From the NCBI RefSeq assembly GCF_030028105.1, contig NC_092379.1, forward strand, positions 25,289,821 to 25,353,820: a stretch of 64,000 nucleotides of DNA, in the 5' to 3' direction. How positions within the stretch are numbered: position 1 is the stretch's first letter; each line of letters starts with the position of its first letter. The notes under the pieces were generated by a model. The model ran no database searches. It was not told the DNA's origin and saw only the letters and a program-made list of their open reading frames with translations. Positions 25,621 through 40,829 of the stretch are shown here, one piece after another. This stretch comes from Mobula birostris. Taxonomy: Eukaryota. Position numbers and translations under genes: made by a program.

Positions 25621-27199
25621 TGGGTCTTCAACGACGTCGACGATGGGCGAACACATATTTCGGACGATCAAAAGATGTTCCTAGGCAGAAACTGAAAGAG
25701 TTGGATTTGGCATTGATCCTGCTAATGCTCTGTGACAAGGCCTCTACCATCACCCCTTACAGTGCATTTCGGGCAATGTACTCGCGAATCTATATGTAAT
25801 TAAAAAAATATATTATAAAAACACTCAGTCCACTTTTATTGTCAATTAGAAAGGCATACATGCGTTAAGAAATGATACAATGTTTCTCCGGAGTTATATC
25901 ATAGAAAACAGGACAAACCAAAGAGTAACACAGACAGAACCACATAATTATAACACATAGTTACAGCAGTGCAAATCAATAGCAGAATTTGATGAAGAAC
26001 AAACCATGGTCACGGAAAAAAAAAATCTCAAAGTTCCCGAGTCGATCGACTCCCGTGTCCCCGATAGCGACGACAAAAGGCGGGCGGGTGGGGGGAAGAA
26101 CTCCCTGCCATAAACCTCCGGCACCGCCAACTTGCCGATGCCTTTGAAGCAGCCGAACACTGCCGGCACTGAGTCCGTCCGTCGGAATACTACGAGCCTC
26201 CGACCAGTCCCTCCGATACAGCCTCCTAAGCGCTATCCTCTGACGAGCGCCTTCGACCTATCCCTGGCCACTGAAACAAGCAAAGCCGAGGATTCAGGGC
26301 CTTCTGCTCCGGAGATTCCGGTACCATACAGTAGCAGCGGCAGCGAAGCGGGCAATTCAGAAGTTTACCAGCTGTTCCTCCGTACTCTCACGTCCGTCTT
26401 CATTAAATTAGAATTGTTCACAGTCCCCTACTGAACACATTGCAGATGTCATTCACCGGAGAGGCCGCGCGCGCTGCCGTCGCTCCGCCATCTTCTCCTC
26501 CGTTGAAAATAATTACCCAGTCTCACATTAAATGCATGCCGTCTCCCATAAGATATATAAAAAAAACACAGAAAACAGAAAAGAACAACGACTGAAGATA
26601 AGGTGCTGTTCGTCGATATTTTTCTAATCTTCTGAGAATCTTATAAAGTTCCATACATCTCCCCGCGCCATGCGCCACTCCAGAGAAAATAGTCGGAACG
26701 CATCGAACCACACGTTGTATCATGTGCCTTCAAATCCAGGCAGCATACTCGCGAAACCTTCTGCACCACACAGAATCCCCGACATATTTCCCATATTGCG
26801 GTGAACAGAAAATTATGCAAAATTCCAAGTGCTTTTAACCAGACATCTGTAAACTAGCAAAATAGCTTCCTGACTTTAGAATTTCATGCAACGACTTATA
26901 ACTGCAAGGATGTTAGGTGTCTTATTAATCACACTATCATCCTATGTAGCTACTTCCAGGTGACTGTGAACCTGAACTACAAGATCCTTCTGCTTAGCAA
27001 CACTATTCACCGTATCGAAATTAACAGTGTATTTTATCTTTACGTTTGTCTTACGAAGCTGAATCATTATCCAGTTGGCAGAGCGAAGTAGAGTCGACCT
27101 TTCACCGCCCATACCTGCAACAGCTTCCGCTGAGTTTTTAGTGCGTCGGCTACGCTCCCAACGACATCACCAAGTCTCGCCAAATTTCTAGCGCCAACA

Positions 27200-28745
27200 G
27201 AATATGTTTATCACGTACGTTTTAGGAATGAAAAATAAATTGATGTTACCAGGTAAAAGCTACGTTGTCACGGAATGAACGTTGAAAATCATCAAAACCT
27301 TCAGCATGAATGCGCCACCTAACTTAAATCTTGCGCTGTAATGAGTTATGCTAACTTATGCGCTTCCATGTCATTGCAGCATATTAAACGTGACACAACT
27401 CGTTGCACTGCTACGCCGTATTAGAAAGTTAAGACAGGCTTATCTTGAATGAAACCGGGACACGAAATCTGCATTTAAGAGAAGAAGCAGGAATATATCG
27501 TTCAACTATTTATGTTCTGCCAGGTTATCTCCCTTTTTGTCATCCTTTATTTTCTCTTCTGTTAACTCCTGCTCTCGAGCGTTTCCTGAATATTTGCTGA
27601 CTGTTTGCCGTTTTCGAATTATGAAAACATTTCAGACACTGCATGATGGCTCAAGATTGTGTTCATCTGAGGAATTAAAAACGCAGAAAATAGGTGCGGG
27701 AGTAGGCCATTCGGCCCTCTGAGCCTGCACGTCATTCAGTATGATCATGGCTAATGCTCCAACTCATAACCCAGTACCTGCTATCTCTTCATACGCCCTG
27801 AACCCTTTAGCCACAAGGGACATATAAACTCCCTCTTAAATATAGCCAATGAACTGGCCTCAACTGTTTCCTGTGGCAGACAATTCCACAGATTCAGCAC
27901 TCTCTCTGTGATGATTTTGTTTTTCTCATCTCTGTCCCAAAAGGCTCCCCCTTAATCCTCAAACTGTAACCCCTCGTTCTGGACTTCCCCAACAGCGGGA
28001 ACTATCTTCCTGCATCTAGCCTGCCCAAACCTTTTAGAATATTATATGTTTCAATAAGATCCCCCCTCAATCTTCTAAATTCCAGAGAGTATAATCCTAG
28101 TCGATACAATCTTTCATCATATGGAAGTTCTGCCATCCCAGGAATCAATCTGGTGAACTTTCTTTGTACTCCCTCTATTGCAAGAATGTCTTTCCTCCGA
28201 TTAGGGGACCAAAACTGCACACAATAACAGGAATAGAATTAGCAGAAGTGAAATGTTATCTGGTATCCAGTTGGTTGCAAGTGGTAGATTGTGCTGTTTG
28301 CCAAGACTAATGTTAATACCCGCAAAATTCCAGTGCATGTTGCATAAGTAGTCATTAAATTGAACACAAACAAACACATAACTTTATGCTCAGGCGTGGG
28401 AATCTACTTATCAGCTTATTTAATGTTCTAAAATCTATAGTGATCGCAGATGGACTCGCGGTTGGTGCTGATATAAATACTATCAGAAATACAACTCCCA
28501 GTTTAGAATGCGGAGGAACAGAAATTGAACCAAATTTTCCCCACCAACACAGAACGTATTTGGATGGAGAAATATGCAAATAATCAAACAATGTAGTAGT
28601 AATGATTCATCTTTCAAATATCCTTCTGTCAGCTGCAGTGTATTAAAATAGGTAAAAATCAATATCGTTCAGGATATTTTTCCAGTACTCTTAGGGAAAC
28701 TTAACATACCGAGTACAGATCGAGCGAGATTTAATAAATTCCTCT
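27200..28745. repeat. Old duplicated block, copy B, interrupted by a CR1 insertion
   Basis: The offset to copy A changes from 3369 to 3934 bp across the CR1 at 27677-28226. Confidence 0.75.
27677..28226 (-). mobile_element. CR1 LINE 3' end
   Basis: Minus [31 protein letters not shown]...[11 protein letters not shown], with a 3'UTR of the same type as 13970-14044. Confidence 0.9.
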
Positions 28746-31700
28746 TAACGTCCCGAGATGTTCCTTCTCTCATAGATGGTTTTATCCTCTATTATCATTC
28801 TGCTAATCTGCACTCTTCAGGGTAGCGAACCGAATAGTGCATAGTATCTTTGTGTTTAACTTACCAACCTGCAGTACTACACATTTGGCAGGGCTGAATC
28901 AGATTTTCATTTTACCAACCATATCTGCAACAGTTCAATTTTCTACTCTGTTTGACGAATTATCTATGCTATCCACAACATCAGCAAACTTTATATCTTC
29001 ACAAACCCACCCATTAATATGTTAATGCTATTATTTATCCATCTCACAATTAACTGAGATTCCAGCACATATCCCTGCGCAACACTATTAAAAACATAAC
29101 TCCTGCTAAAATAAGGCCCTTCGACCGTCAACTCTCTCTCTCCTGGACAAGCCATTTATGAATACAAAATGGCGAATTAAGCATTCATCTCTTCCATCTT
29201 AGTTTTTCTGATGAGGTCCCGTGAATAATCTTGATGAACGTTTGACTAAAATTAATCTGGACAACATCCACAGCTCTACCTTCGTCAATTAGCATCGGTA
29301 CCTTTCAAAAAAGAAAACAAACAAACAAAAAAATCGGTCGCAAGGGCAAGACCTGAGGGGCCTGCACAAACTACAACAGGCTCATATTAATCAGGAAAAT
29401 GATTTCTCAATGTTCTTAAATCCTGTCCATATTAATTATCGCTAGTACCTTCTCCAGGGAAAGTCTCCGGATGCATCGACTTCAAACCTCTTCAAGATAC
29501 CCAACACTACCTTCACATTTACTTCAAAATGTGTGTTAATAATCTCCACACTAACATCCCTATTCTCTGCATTGTTCTCCTTTATCAGACGCAAGATCAG
29601 AGAAAACAGAACATCTGAATTCTGATTCACGTTGTCGTTTTCTGAGACCTCCTAAAGTGATTATTTCGAGTTAAGCTTTTCTCAAACATGGCTATAATTC
29701 ACAGCGACAGAATGTGGGCCTTTACACTGTGGACGTTCCACAAAAATGATGTTCGAGACGTTATGGAAGGGCAGATTTAAATGATCCAATGTGATCACCC
29801 TTTTGGAGATCCTATTCTAATAATCTCAACCGGAATGGATTGTGTTCCCCGTTGGTCAGTCGCATTTAAAAGGAGAGTTTGGGAATTTTAATGTGCTCGA
29901 AAAATGATATTTTATGGCCCTGCTACATTTCTTGGACATTGTCAAACGATTTTGACATTTTATTCAGGCATATCCATTACTGACACATTCTATGGGATGC
30001 TGTTGTGGAATTTTCATGTTCAGAATCAATGGTATGGATTCCTCTGCCGTGCTTAAGGGTGGGGTGCAGTATTGGTGGTCCCTTTCTATTCCATCAGTAA
30101 TGTCACTCCTTTCCATCTGACGCGATCGGATATTCCAAGAATGGCAATCAAACAAGCAAATGGATAGACATTTTGTAGCAAAACTATCTTTCGGTCTATC
30201 CAGGCGCTGAAATGCGAGCGTGGGCGATCGTGGAAAAGTTTCCACGTACAAGCACAACACTGGATGTGTTACCAGGGGTGATGAAGCGATGGCTGGGACA
30301 TACCATTTCTATACTCTTATCTCAATATTACCGTTAATCGAAATCCCCATATTTTCTTGATGAGGAATGGTCGCTGCAGGGAAGTAACCTGTCGAGTTCT
30401 GTCTGAGAATTTGAAAATAAAAGAGACCACTGCATTCAGAGAGTTATTTTCAGGGATATAAAATCACCATTTGCTACGGAGTCAGAGAGCGAGTTGCGAG
30501 CTATTGTGAGAACTTGAGACATCGACGAGAAGGAAGAAAGTTTAACGTCTCGTGTCTAAATCCCAGTCTTTTCCAGTTCCCTTGTATTCTGTGAAAGATA
30601 ACCCAAATTTGCACATAATCTGAATGCTGCACCACCTGACCAATAAGACCATTTTCTGGCAGTATGCGAGACCGGTTGCTGGGAAGATGTTGACCTCATG
30701 GTGTTCTTTTTCATAACCAATTACTTTCTGCCTTTGCGCAGCCGACTGGAATCGGTTTGTTTTTCGTTGCATGAGACACACAGGTGTTTTCTTCCAGTTG
30801 CTTCAGTAAAGTCAAATGTTGGACTCCGGCCACAGATATTGAATGAGAGATGCAGATTACATGTGGACAGGAAAATAAATTAAACGCAACAATTCCATTA
30901 AACGTTAATCCCTCCATGATACATTTCGCCTGCAATCGCATTTAAAAGTGTGATATTGATGAAAGTAATAAACGGTCAGTTTAAGTAGAATAGACGAATA
31001 CAATATATGAAAGACTAGTTTAACCTTAACAGTGTGTTGCTTTGCAATCTTAAAGGAAAGTCTTTCAACCACATGGTGTACTACTGCCATGACTGAGGAA
31101 ATGGAGCACAAGATTAAAACTGCGGACAGATTAATCCTCCCTGTAAACTATTCCATCAGTCAATTGATACCATCCAATTTAATTAGAGGTATCGTCCAAA
31201 ATCAGTTCCCTATGCTGATTCCACTCCCTGTATCACACAACCATGCTGATCTTCCTTCATATACATTATATAACTGTTTTATTAATGAACTTAAATTAAT
31301 GGGTAAGCAAACTGTATTTTCAATTCTCTCTCACTCCACATTTTAACGGTTTTCTGTCACAAGAATACCATATTTCACAGTCCGGCAGGAATAGACGTTG
31401 ACAATGTAACTGAACGGAAACAGCTGTGCATTTTGTGCTTACAAAAGTTGCTCCCAGCACAGCCAGCAGTGGAAGAATGCCTGTCAAGCCCATTCCTCAA
31501 CAACGACTTCAAAATCTGCCCCGATAATCACATACTGCACTGTAAATACGCGTCAGAATGCTAGCCCGCTTGATCGTTCTGAATTTAAAAAATCATGCTG
31601 GCGTCCTGACATTGTAGACTGCAGGCCGCTGTGGTGTGAGAGATGTGTGCTGGAACGGGAGCAAAATCAAGTATCAAATCAATACGTAGGTTCATAAAAG

Positions 31701-32379
31701 GGTGTGGTGAAAAGGTTTTTCTAGAATGGTATCTAGAGGAGCAGGAATACTGACTGAAATTTGGACAATCAGCCATGATTAAATTCTAGGAAGGGACAGC
31801 TGCGAACTGCCATATGGTCTTCTGCTGCTTCGCTCTCCCTGCTTCGATGAAGTTCACCAATTAAACAGTAAATCATTGATAATTAAATACAGCATTTAAA
31901 TGATGAATGTCGTCACACCGTGTGAGTAACTATTTGGAACCATGTCATTAGGGAGACAATGCCCGACATTATTTGTAAAAAATGGCGCAATGATTTTATT
32001 TTACTTCACCTTAGATGATTTCAATTTCTTGAGGATACGGTACAATACTGGTATCGTATCTGCATGGTAAGTTATCTGCAAGAACAGAAAAATATAGAAG
32101 TAACATGCAGAAAATGCTGTATGGACTAAACGAGGCAAGCAGAACCATAGAAATGACCGAACACACGGACATTCATATATAAAAAAAATCGCAGGTGGGT
32201 CAGTTCACCTCTCGGACCAACTCTCGCTTTTAATCTTTCTCTGTGTAAAATGTGTTAGTCTTGGTGCCACTTTTCGAATAGATCCCGTATCAATTATCTC
32301 CCTTGTGATTTAAATTTCAACAAATTCCCATGTTGAACTTATTGAGAGTTTCCTTCTGCACTTCCATTGAGATAGATGT

Positions 32380-35300
32380 TTAAAATATCACTTCTCTCTG
32401 AAAGAATATGGTAAACTTCGCCGTTATCATTGACGTCGATTCGATGTGAAGCGTCGCTCCTTACTTCTGGACAACATCTGAAGAAAACTATTCACCGTAT
32501 TTAGCCGCCAATCGATTGCAGAGACAGAAATATTTTATTTAGTTCATCACTCCGGAAGCTCCATGTGAGTGACCACAATACGTAATCTTTAATTTGTACG
32601 TCAGGCCCTGAAACCATACGGTAAACCGCGGCTGTGTCTACAACAAAGAAATATCACACCTTACAGATATTCACCAGAATTCCCGCCCTTCCCCCCCAAA
32701 AAAAACGAAATATACGGTATAGATATTATACAGTTGCAGTTCACGGGGCCTTCTTGACGTGAAATAAAATACAATTATTACGCTCTTTATTAAATGACGC
32801 CGTGAATTATATTCTGAATCACTTCGACAACTTGCACTCTGATATCCACTTTGACATTTGAAGAACATTTTGGTATCTTCTTTCATATTATTGGCCAGCT
32901 TACTTTCGCATGCTTTCTTTTCCTTATTGATATCGTTTTAGTTATCCAATTCTCTACCCTCAAACCAGTTTTTTTTTTTACTATATGATATGCCCTCCCT
33001 TTAACTTTTACGTTAAGTTTGGTTTCTGTTTTTACACACGGTCGTGTCATTTTTTCGTTAGAATGCATCTTCCTGCTTAGTATGTGTATATCCTGTTCCT
33101 TCCTAATTGCTGCATCAAAGTACAGTTATTGCTGCTCTGCCGTCACACCTACCGGTGTTATTTTCCAACGATTTCTGCCCAGTTACCCGCTCATGCCTTT
33201 GTAATCCCCTTTACTTCAGACGGAATAATCATCCATATGGATTGAACCTCTCGTTCGCAAATTTCAGGGTATTTTCTATAATATTATAATCAGTTGCCCC
33301 GAAGAGCGAATTTACCTTCAAATCTCCAATCAATACTGGTTCGTAGCACAACAGCCAAAGCAGAATACTTGATCCTCTCGTCGGCTCAACTACAATTGTT
33401 CTAAAAAAAACACATGTTGATGGCACCTTGGAAATTTCTTTAATTCAGCACGAACTTCATTTTTCCAATCTACTGTCACTTTAATCTCCCCCATGAGTAA
33501 TGTAATAATACCCTATGGCATGCATTTTCTATAATCAATCTTAATTTGTAGGCCAAAGCCTTACGAACGTTTAGGGGTCTATATGCAACTCCTATCGAAG
33601 TATTTTAACCTCTGCAGTTTCTAGCTGTACCCATAATGATTTAATAGCTTCTGAACCTCTGTAACCTCTATTTAAACATTTAATTATATATCATACCGAC
33701 AGAACAACGCTGTCCCCTTTACTTCTTGCCCATTGTTTCGATGCTATGCGTATCCTTGGGCATTACGTTCCCAGTTGCTATCATTTAGTCACTCTTCAGT
33801 GTTGCCTAGAACATCATAACTTCGAATCTGCAACAGTGCTGCAAGTTCATCTACCTTATTCTGTATATTGTATACTGTGCGGATTCTAGCACAGGAACTG
33901 CACCATTTTCGATTTTTTTCCGTACCTTACACGGCACCTTACCTGGTTGATTTCAAGTCAGTTAACTCTCTTCAGCACTGCTGTCCGCCATGCCAACAAT
34001 ATATCTTGTTTTGAAATAAACAGAGCTCGGACCTAATCACACGATGCTCAAAACTTTTGATTATTAAACTTTTCAAAGGACGTAGCATCATCTGTCTCCA
34101 GAATGTCTACACTGAATGTTCTTACACTGGGCTTCCCATCGCTCTGCAACTCTAGTTTACACCACATAGTGCAGCATTAAGAAAACACCCGTCGATGACA
34201 TTAGATAATATTAATATCTTATGCCGCCCTTCCACTAGCAAATTCTGAGACACAGATCAAACTTTATAATTTCTCCAGTTCTGGCCTCATTTGCACGTCG
34301 CACGTGTAGCAATCCTGAGATAACAAAACCTGAGATCCAGCTCTTAAATTTGTACCAAATTCGCTGCACAAGCTATTCAGAACATCGTCACTCATCATGC
34401 CCATTTGAGTGATACCTACTGTACCTAGACAACGTCTGCTGGGTATTCAGGCTCCCACTTAAGAAAATGCCGAACTCTGGCACCCAGCAGGATCCACGCT
34501 ATTGGGGAACCGTTTTTTTTTTTATTTCCGTCAACTAAACCCACTGTCCGTATACTTAAATAACGATTTCCCTATCAATACTGCTTTCCTGTTTTCCCTC
34601 CTTCCTTCTGAGGCATATAGGCCGACTCGGTGGTATAGATCCGAACTCTGAATCTTTGCTCTGTTAGGACATCCACCTGAACCTAATCTAAAGTTATTGA
34701 GGTGATTTCCAAAGGAGTACACTGCACTGGCTTCTTAACACCTTTCCCTTCGCGAGTATCACCCAGTTTCCTGTGTCCTGTTCCGTGGGTAAAACTACTT
34801 TTCGAAGTATGCAACCTGCAAGCCCATCAACATCCCGAATTCTTCGGAGTTCACACAGGCCCAGTTGTATCTACTTAGGGTTTCGTAATGCTCTAAATGT
34901 GCACTATTCTTTTTCGCTGCAATATATGCCCTAAGATTGGCTTTTATGTTGACCTTGACTTCTCTTGTTAGTCAACGTTCTGCCATCTTCCCTTTAGAAT
35001 ATATATTCGTCTTTGCGATACATAGAATCTGCACATTCCGAATACCTTCCAGAAATTCCAGACATTCCTTCTCTGCTGTCACCCCTGCAGTGTGATTTCC
35101 AAGTATGTCTGACTAACTCCTGTTTGATACTTCTTTCATTCCTTTTTACTTCACTGGAATACTGATACATCTGACTTTTATTCTCAATTTTTCAGGTTGA
35201 ATGTTATCAAATTATGATCATTTGCCTCGATGTCTACTTTAACCTTAAGGTTTCCATTAAATCTGGTTCGTTGCAATACACGCAAAGCAGAAATCAGATC

Positions 35301-35450
35301 CCACCGAGGGTTCAGCCATGATGTGCTCTGAAGATCGATTTCGTAGGCACTGTAGAAACTCCCCTTCTTTGAATCTAGCACTAATAGATCTTCCAAATAT
35401 CCATGCATATTTAATTCCCCCATATATATTGTAATATTATCATTTTTGCG
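32380..35450 (-). mobile_element. Degenerate CR1 (ORF1 end, endonuclease and RT remnants)
   Basis: 34700-34800 aligns by eye with CR1 ORF1 DNA at ~11380-11450. The remainder is scattered ORF2 remnants. Confidence 0.45.
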
Positions 35451-37529
35451 TGTATTGTCTATATCCAGTTCTTATTTTCGAACACTCGCTGACTACTGCT
35501 TGGAGTGGTCTGTGCACCACGCCCATCAGGGTCTGTTACCCTGCTAGTTCTTTACTCCTATACACAAAACTTCAGCACTGTCTGACCGTGTGTCACATAT
35601 TTCTAATTTCCATAAGTGCTTCCTTCATGACACTGTGGTAAATAACATCAGATCCAATGTTGGCTAGCTACTGCGTTTAACTACAGATTAATTTCCTCTA
35701 GTGATAGATTGATTAATCCCGTATAACTCCCTGTGATACATGTTTTTTTTTTATATATGAAGTTTGAGATGAAAGTTTATTTAGCAATCCTTCCATTTTT
35801 GTTTCTTCATAATGTCCCTTACAAATACTAGGTGTGATGCCGGGTAGCAACTAGTTCACGGAAATACAGTAGATCAGTGCATATCACATTAATCCAAACA
35901 TTGGAAACGAAGCAGCATAAACGTGAAACAGCTGCAGCTTTATGCCGCCACACCAATATTTGCGGGTTTCTGGGAACTGTGTTGTATCATTAAAAAAAAT
36001 AATGCACTATTATACTGTGTGACATTCTGTGTAATGGATTCCTTTGGGCTTCGGTATAAAATGTAATGTATATAGAGAGAACTTATTTGATAGGTTTAAC
36101 AGCCTACTCTGAATCGCATCAAATAATGATTGGTGTCACAGAAATGAAGGAAGAAATGATCGACATATAAAGCCTACTCCGTTAGAGAGAATCGAAATGC
36201 GCTGTGTAGAGGGACTCTCCAATCACCATAATCGACACCTTCTTCAATATGATAAGTCTGGCACAGTGTGTGGCAGTGTGTTTATGCCTGCATTGTAGAA
36301 CGTGGAGAGATATATCAAATGTGCTGAACGTTCTTTACACATCATTGATACCGAATATGTTATAATTCATGATTTCTGTTATTCTAAACGTTTATATATC
36401 AGCGAAAATATCTATGGCTATATTATTTAGGTCGAACATGCGAAAGTAGGATGGGCAGCAAGGAATGTTTCAGCACTATTGACAATGATTCAAGGAATAA
36501 TCATGAAAAACATTAACATTTGTGAGTGAATGAGATAAGGCGTATGTGACGATGAATGAGGCCAGACAGAATACAGGAAGGAAACGTTCTTCTGGGCATT
36601 CTGATTTAGGGAGTTCAGGAGACCTGAAGTTGGAGCAAATACGAAAACAGCTTAGGAGAATTGTCAACGCCATGGCCCATGTGTTATAGAGCAGTGGCCG
36701 ATATCTTCAGGCACCTTGGTGGAAGGAATAAACAGATAGTGGAGGAAAGTTGAGAAATTGGTAGGGCGTTGTGAGTCATCGTGTTGGAAACAGTAAAGGT
36801 TATCGTACATGTTGTGTCAGTTGTCAGGAGCAGATAGCAATATTGTATTCATTTCGAGAGGACTAGTATATAAAAAAAAAAAAAAACAAGTGTGCAATGC
36901 TGAAGCTTTTGTTAGGCATTGATCAGATTACACCTTGAGAATTTTAAGCAATTTCGACCCTATATCTTAGAAATGATGAGGTCACAATGGAGAGGGTTTG
37001 GAGCATCTCACCAGTATAATTCGCGCAGTTAAGAGCTAAACGTTTGTTGATCGCTTGTTGGCTGTGGACCTCTGCTCGATAGAATGTGAGAAAAATGGTG
37101 AAATCTCATTGAAACCTACCAAACATTAATAAGCCTAGGTAGAGTGCACATGAATATGAATTTTCCAATGATTAGACGATCTTGGATCGGAAAATACCAT
37201 TGCAAAATAGAAGGGCTTCACTTTAGATAGAGAAAAGGAGGAATACAATTAGCTACAGGGCGAGCAGTCTGCGGAATTCATTGCCATAGACGGCTGTAAT
37301 TGTTAGATTATTAACGTTACATTTAATTGATTCTTCTTTGGCAAGTGTGCCAAATGTTAAGAGCAATAATAAGCGATAATAAATCCGACAGCATAGAATC
37401 TCGGACAGGACTTGGTGGGCAGAATGGCTTGATTCTGCTCCAATATCGTATGGTCTTATATCGGAAAAGATGTTGTGTTCAGGTTGAAAGAAAGATAAAA
37501 TGGAAGCAGTGATTGCAAAGATGATATCA

Positions 37530-40500
37530 CATGGTGCGCCTATGGAATAAGAGGAGATGCCAGTTGAATGCGTGGCTAAGGAGTTGGTGCAGGGAGCAGG
37601 GTGTTTGATTTTTAGATCATTGGGATCTATTCTGCGGAATTCGGGACATGTACAGATTGGGTGGGTTGCACCTGAACTCGAGGGGGACCAATATCCTTGC
37701 TGGTAGGTTTGCTAGCATGGTTTTGGAGGGTTTAAATTAATTTGCGAGGGGGATGGGACCCAGAGAGATAGAGCAGTGAAGGAAGTGCATGGAGTTAAGC
37801 CAGGTCTAACACGGAGAGCGTCTTTGAGGAAAGAGAAGCAGAATAAACGGTGTAAAGACAGTAAGGTAGAAGGGCTTAAATATGTGCACCTCAATGCAAA
37901 AAGCATCAGGAACAAAGGTGATGAGCTGAGAGCTTGGGTACATGCATGGAATTATGATGTAGTGGCCATTACAGAGACTTGGCTGGCACCAGGGCAGGAA
38001 TGGCTTATTCCTGGATTTCAGTACTTTAAAAGGGATAGAGAGGGCGGAAAAAAGGGGAGGAGGGGTGCCATTACTGGTCACGGATACTATTACAGCTACA
38101 GATAGGGTGGGTAATGTAGCTGGATCCTCTTTTGAGTCAATATGGGTGGACGTCACGTTAGGAACAGAACGGGAGCAGTTACTCTATTGGGGGGTATTCT
38201 ATGGGCCCTCTGGCAGCAGCAGAGGTACCGATGAGCAGGTTAGGAGGCAGATTTTGGAAAAGTGCAAAAATAACAGAGTTGTTATGGGTGACTTTAACTT
38301 CCATAATATTGATTGGTACCTGATTCGTTCCAAGGGCTTAGATGGGGCAGAGTTTGTTAAGTGTGTCCAGGACGGATTCCTGTCAGAGTATGTGGACAGG
38401 CCGACCAGGGAGAATGCCATACTAGATCTAGTATAAGGTAATGAACTTGGTCAGGTCACAGATCTCTCAGTGGATGAGCATCTGGGGGAAAGTGACCACC
38501 GCTCCCTGGCCCTTAGCATTATTATGGAAAAGGACAGAATCAGAGAGGATAGGAACATTTTTAATTGGGGAAAGGAAAATTATGAGGCTATAAGGCTAGA
38601 ACTTGCCGGTGTGCATTGGGATGTTTTTTTTTTTCAGGGAAATTTACTATGGACATGTGGTCGATGTTTAGAGATCTGTTGCGGGATGTTAGGGTTAAAT
38701 TTGTCCCGGTGAGGAATATAAAGAATGGGAGGGTGAAGGAACCATGGGTGACGAGTGAGTTGGAAAATCTAGTCAGGTGGAAGAAGGCAGCATACATGAG
38801 GTTTAGGAATAAAGGATCAGAAGGGTCTATTGAGGAATGTAGGGAACCAGGAAATGAGCTTAAGAAGGGGCTGAGAAGAGCAAGAAGAGGGCATGAGAAG
38901 GCCTTGGAGAGTAGTGTAAAGGAAAAGCCCAAGACATTCTTCAATTATGTGAAGAAAAAAAAAAAAAAAAGGATGACAGGAGTGAAGGTAGCCCCGATTA
39001 GAGATAAAGTTGGAAAGATGTGCCTGGAGGCTGTGGAAGTGAGCGAGGTCCTCCATGAATACTTCTCTTCGGTATTTACCAACGAGAGGGAACTTGATGA
39101 TGGTGAGGACAGTATGAGTGAGGTTGATGTTCTGGAGCATGTTGATATTCAGGGAAAAGAGGAGTTGGAGTTGTTAAAATACATTAGGACACATTAGGTC
39201 CCTGGGGGCTGAAGGAATATTCCCCAGGCTGCTCCACGAGGCGAATGAAGAAATTGCTGAGCCTCTGGCTAGGATCTCCATCTCCTCGTTGTCCACGAGA
39301 ATGGTACCGGAGGATTGGAGGGAGGCGAATGCTGTCCCCTTGTTCAAAAAAGGTAGTAGGGATAGTCCGGGTAATTATAGACCAGTGAACCTTACGTCTG
39401 TGGTGGGAAAGCTGTTGGAAAATATTCTTAGAGATAGGATCTATAGGCATTTAGAGAACCATGGTCTGATCAAGCACAGTCAGCATGGCTTTGTGTAGGG
39501 CAGGTCGTGTTTCAGAAGCCTGATAGAGTTCTTTGAGGAGGTGACCAGGCATATAGATGAGCGTAGTGCAGTCGATGCGATCTATATGGATTTTCGTAAG
39601 GCATTTGACAAGGTTCCACACGGTAGGCTTATTCAGAAAGTTAGAAGGCATGGGATCCAGGGAAGTTTGGCCAGGTGGATTCAGAATTGGCTTGCCTGCA
39701 GAACACAGAGGATGGTGGTGGAGGGAGTACATTCAGATTGGAGGATTGTGACTAGTGGTGTCCCACAAGGATCTGCTCTGGGACCTCTACTTTTCGTGAT
39801 TTTTATTAACGACTTGGATGCGGGGGTAGAGGGTGGGTTGGCAAGTTTGCAGACGACACAAAGGTTGGTGGTGTTGTTGAAAGTGTAGAGGCTTGTCAAA
39901 GATTGCACAGAGACATTGATAGGATGCAGAAGTGGGCTGAGAAGGGGCAGATGGAGTTCAACCTGGAGAAATGTGACGTGGTACAATTTGGAAGGATAAA
40001 CTCCAAGGCAGAGTACAAAGTATATGGCAGGATACCTGGTAGTGTGAAGGAGCAGAGGGATCTCGGGGTACATGTCCTCAGAAAGTTGCTTCACAGGTGG
40101 CTAGGGTAGTTAAGAAAGCTTATGGAGTATTAGCTTTCATACGTCGAGGGTTAGAGTATGACTCGCGGTGTAATGATGCAGCTCTATAAAACTCTGGTTA
40201 AGCCACACTTGGAATACTGTGTCCAGTTCTGGTCACCTCACTATAGGAAGGATGAGAAAGCATTGGAAAGGGTACAGAGGAGATTTACCAGGATGCTGCC
40301 TGGTTTAGAAAGTATGCATTATGATCAGAGATTAAGGGAGCTAGCGCTTTACTTTTTGGAGAGTAGGAGGATGAGAGGAGACATGATAGAGGTATACAAG
40401 ATAATAAGAGGACTAGATAGAGTGGATAGCCAGCGCTTCTTCCCCAGGACAACGCTGCTGAATAGAAGAGGACATGGCATTAAGATAAGGGGTGGGACGA

Positions 40501-40726
40501 TCAAGGGGGATATTGGAGGAAGGTTTTTTACTCGGAGAGTGGTTGGGGCGTGGAATGCACTGCCTGAGTCAGTGGTGGAGGCAGATACACTAGTGAAGTT
40601 TAAGAGACCACTAGACAGGCAGATGCAGGAATTTAAGTTGGGGGCTTATATGGGCGGCAGGGTTTGAGGGTCGGCACAACCTTGTGGGCCAAAGGGCCTG
40701 TACTGTGCTGTACAATTCTATGTTCT
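37530..40726 (+). mobile_element. CR1 LINE with the ORF1 C-terminus and complete but frameshifted ORF2
   Basis: Endonuclease HLNAKSIRNK, VAITETW, MGDFNFHNIDW and [43 protein letters not shown] and FADD. Ends with the CR1 3'UTR and a ttctatgttct tail. Confidence 0.92.
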
Positions 40727-40829
40727 TTGAATATAATGAAGTTTGGAAATAAAGTGGAATGACAAGTAAAACAGTTCAGGGCAGATTTAATATATGAAAA
40801 ACACGGTCACTGCTTTTCAGAGGAATTAA

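Noticed and set aside
36259-36274. 16-nt identity (tggcacagtgtgtggc) to the D2 3' heptamer and spacer
   Set aside because: No nonamer at 12 or 23 nt and no 5' RSS. The TG-rich low complexity makes chance likely.
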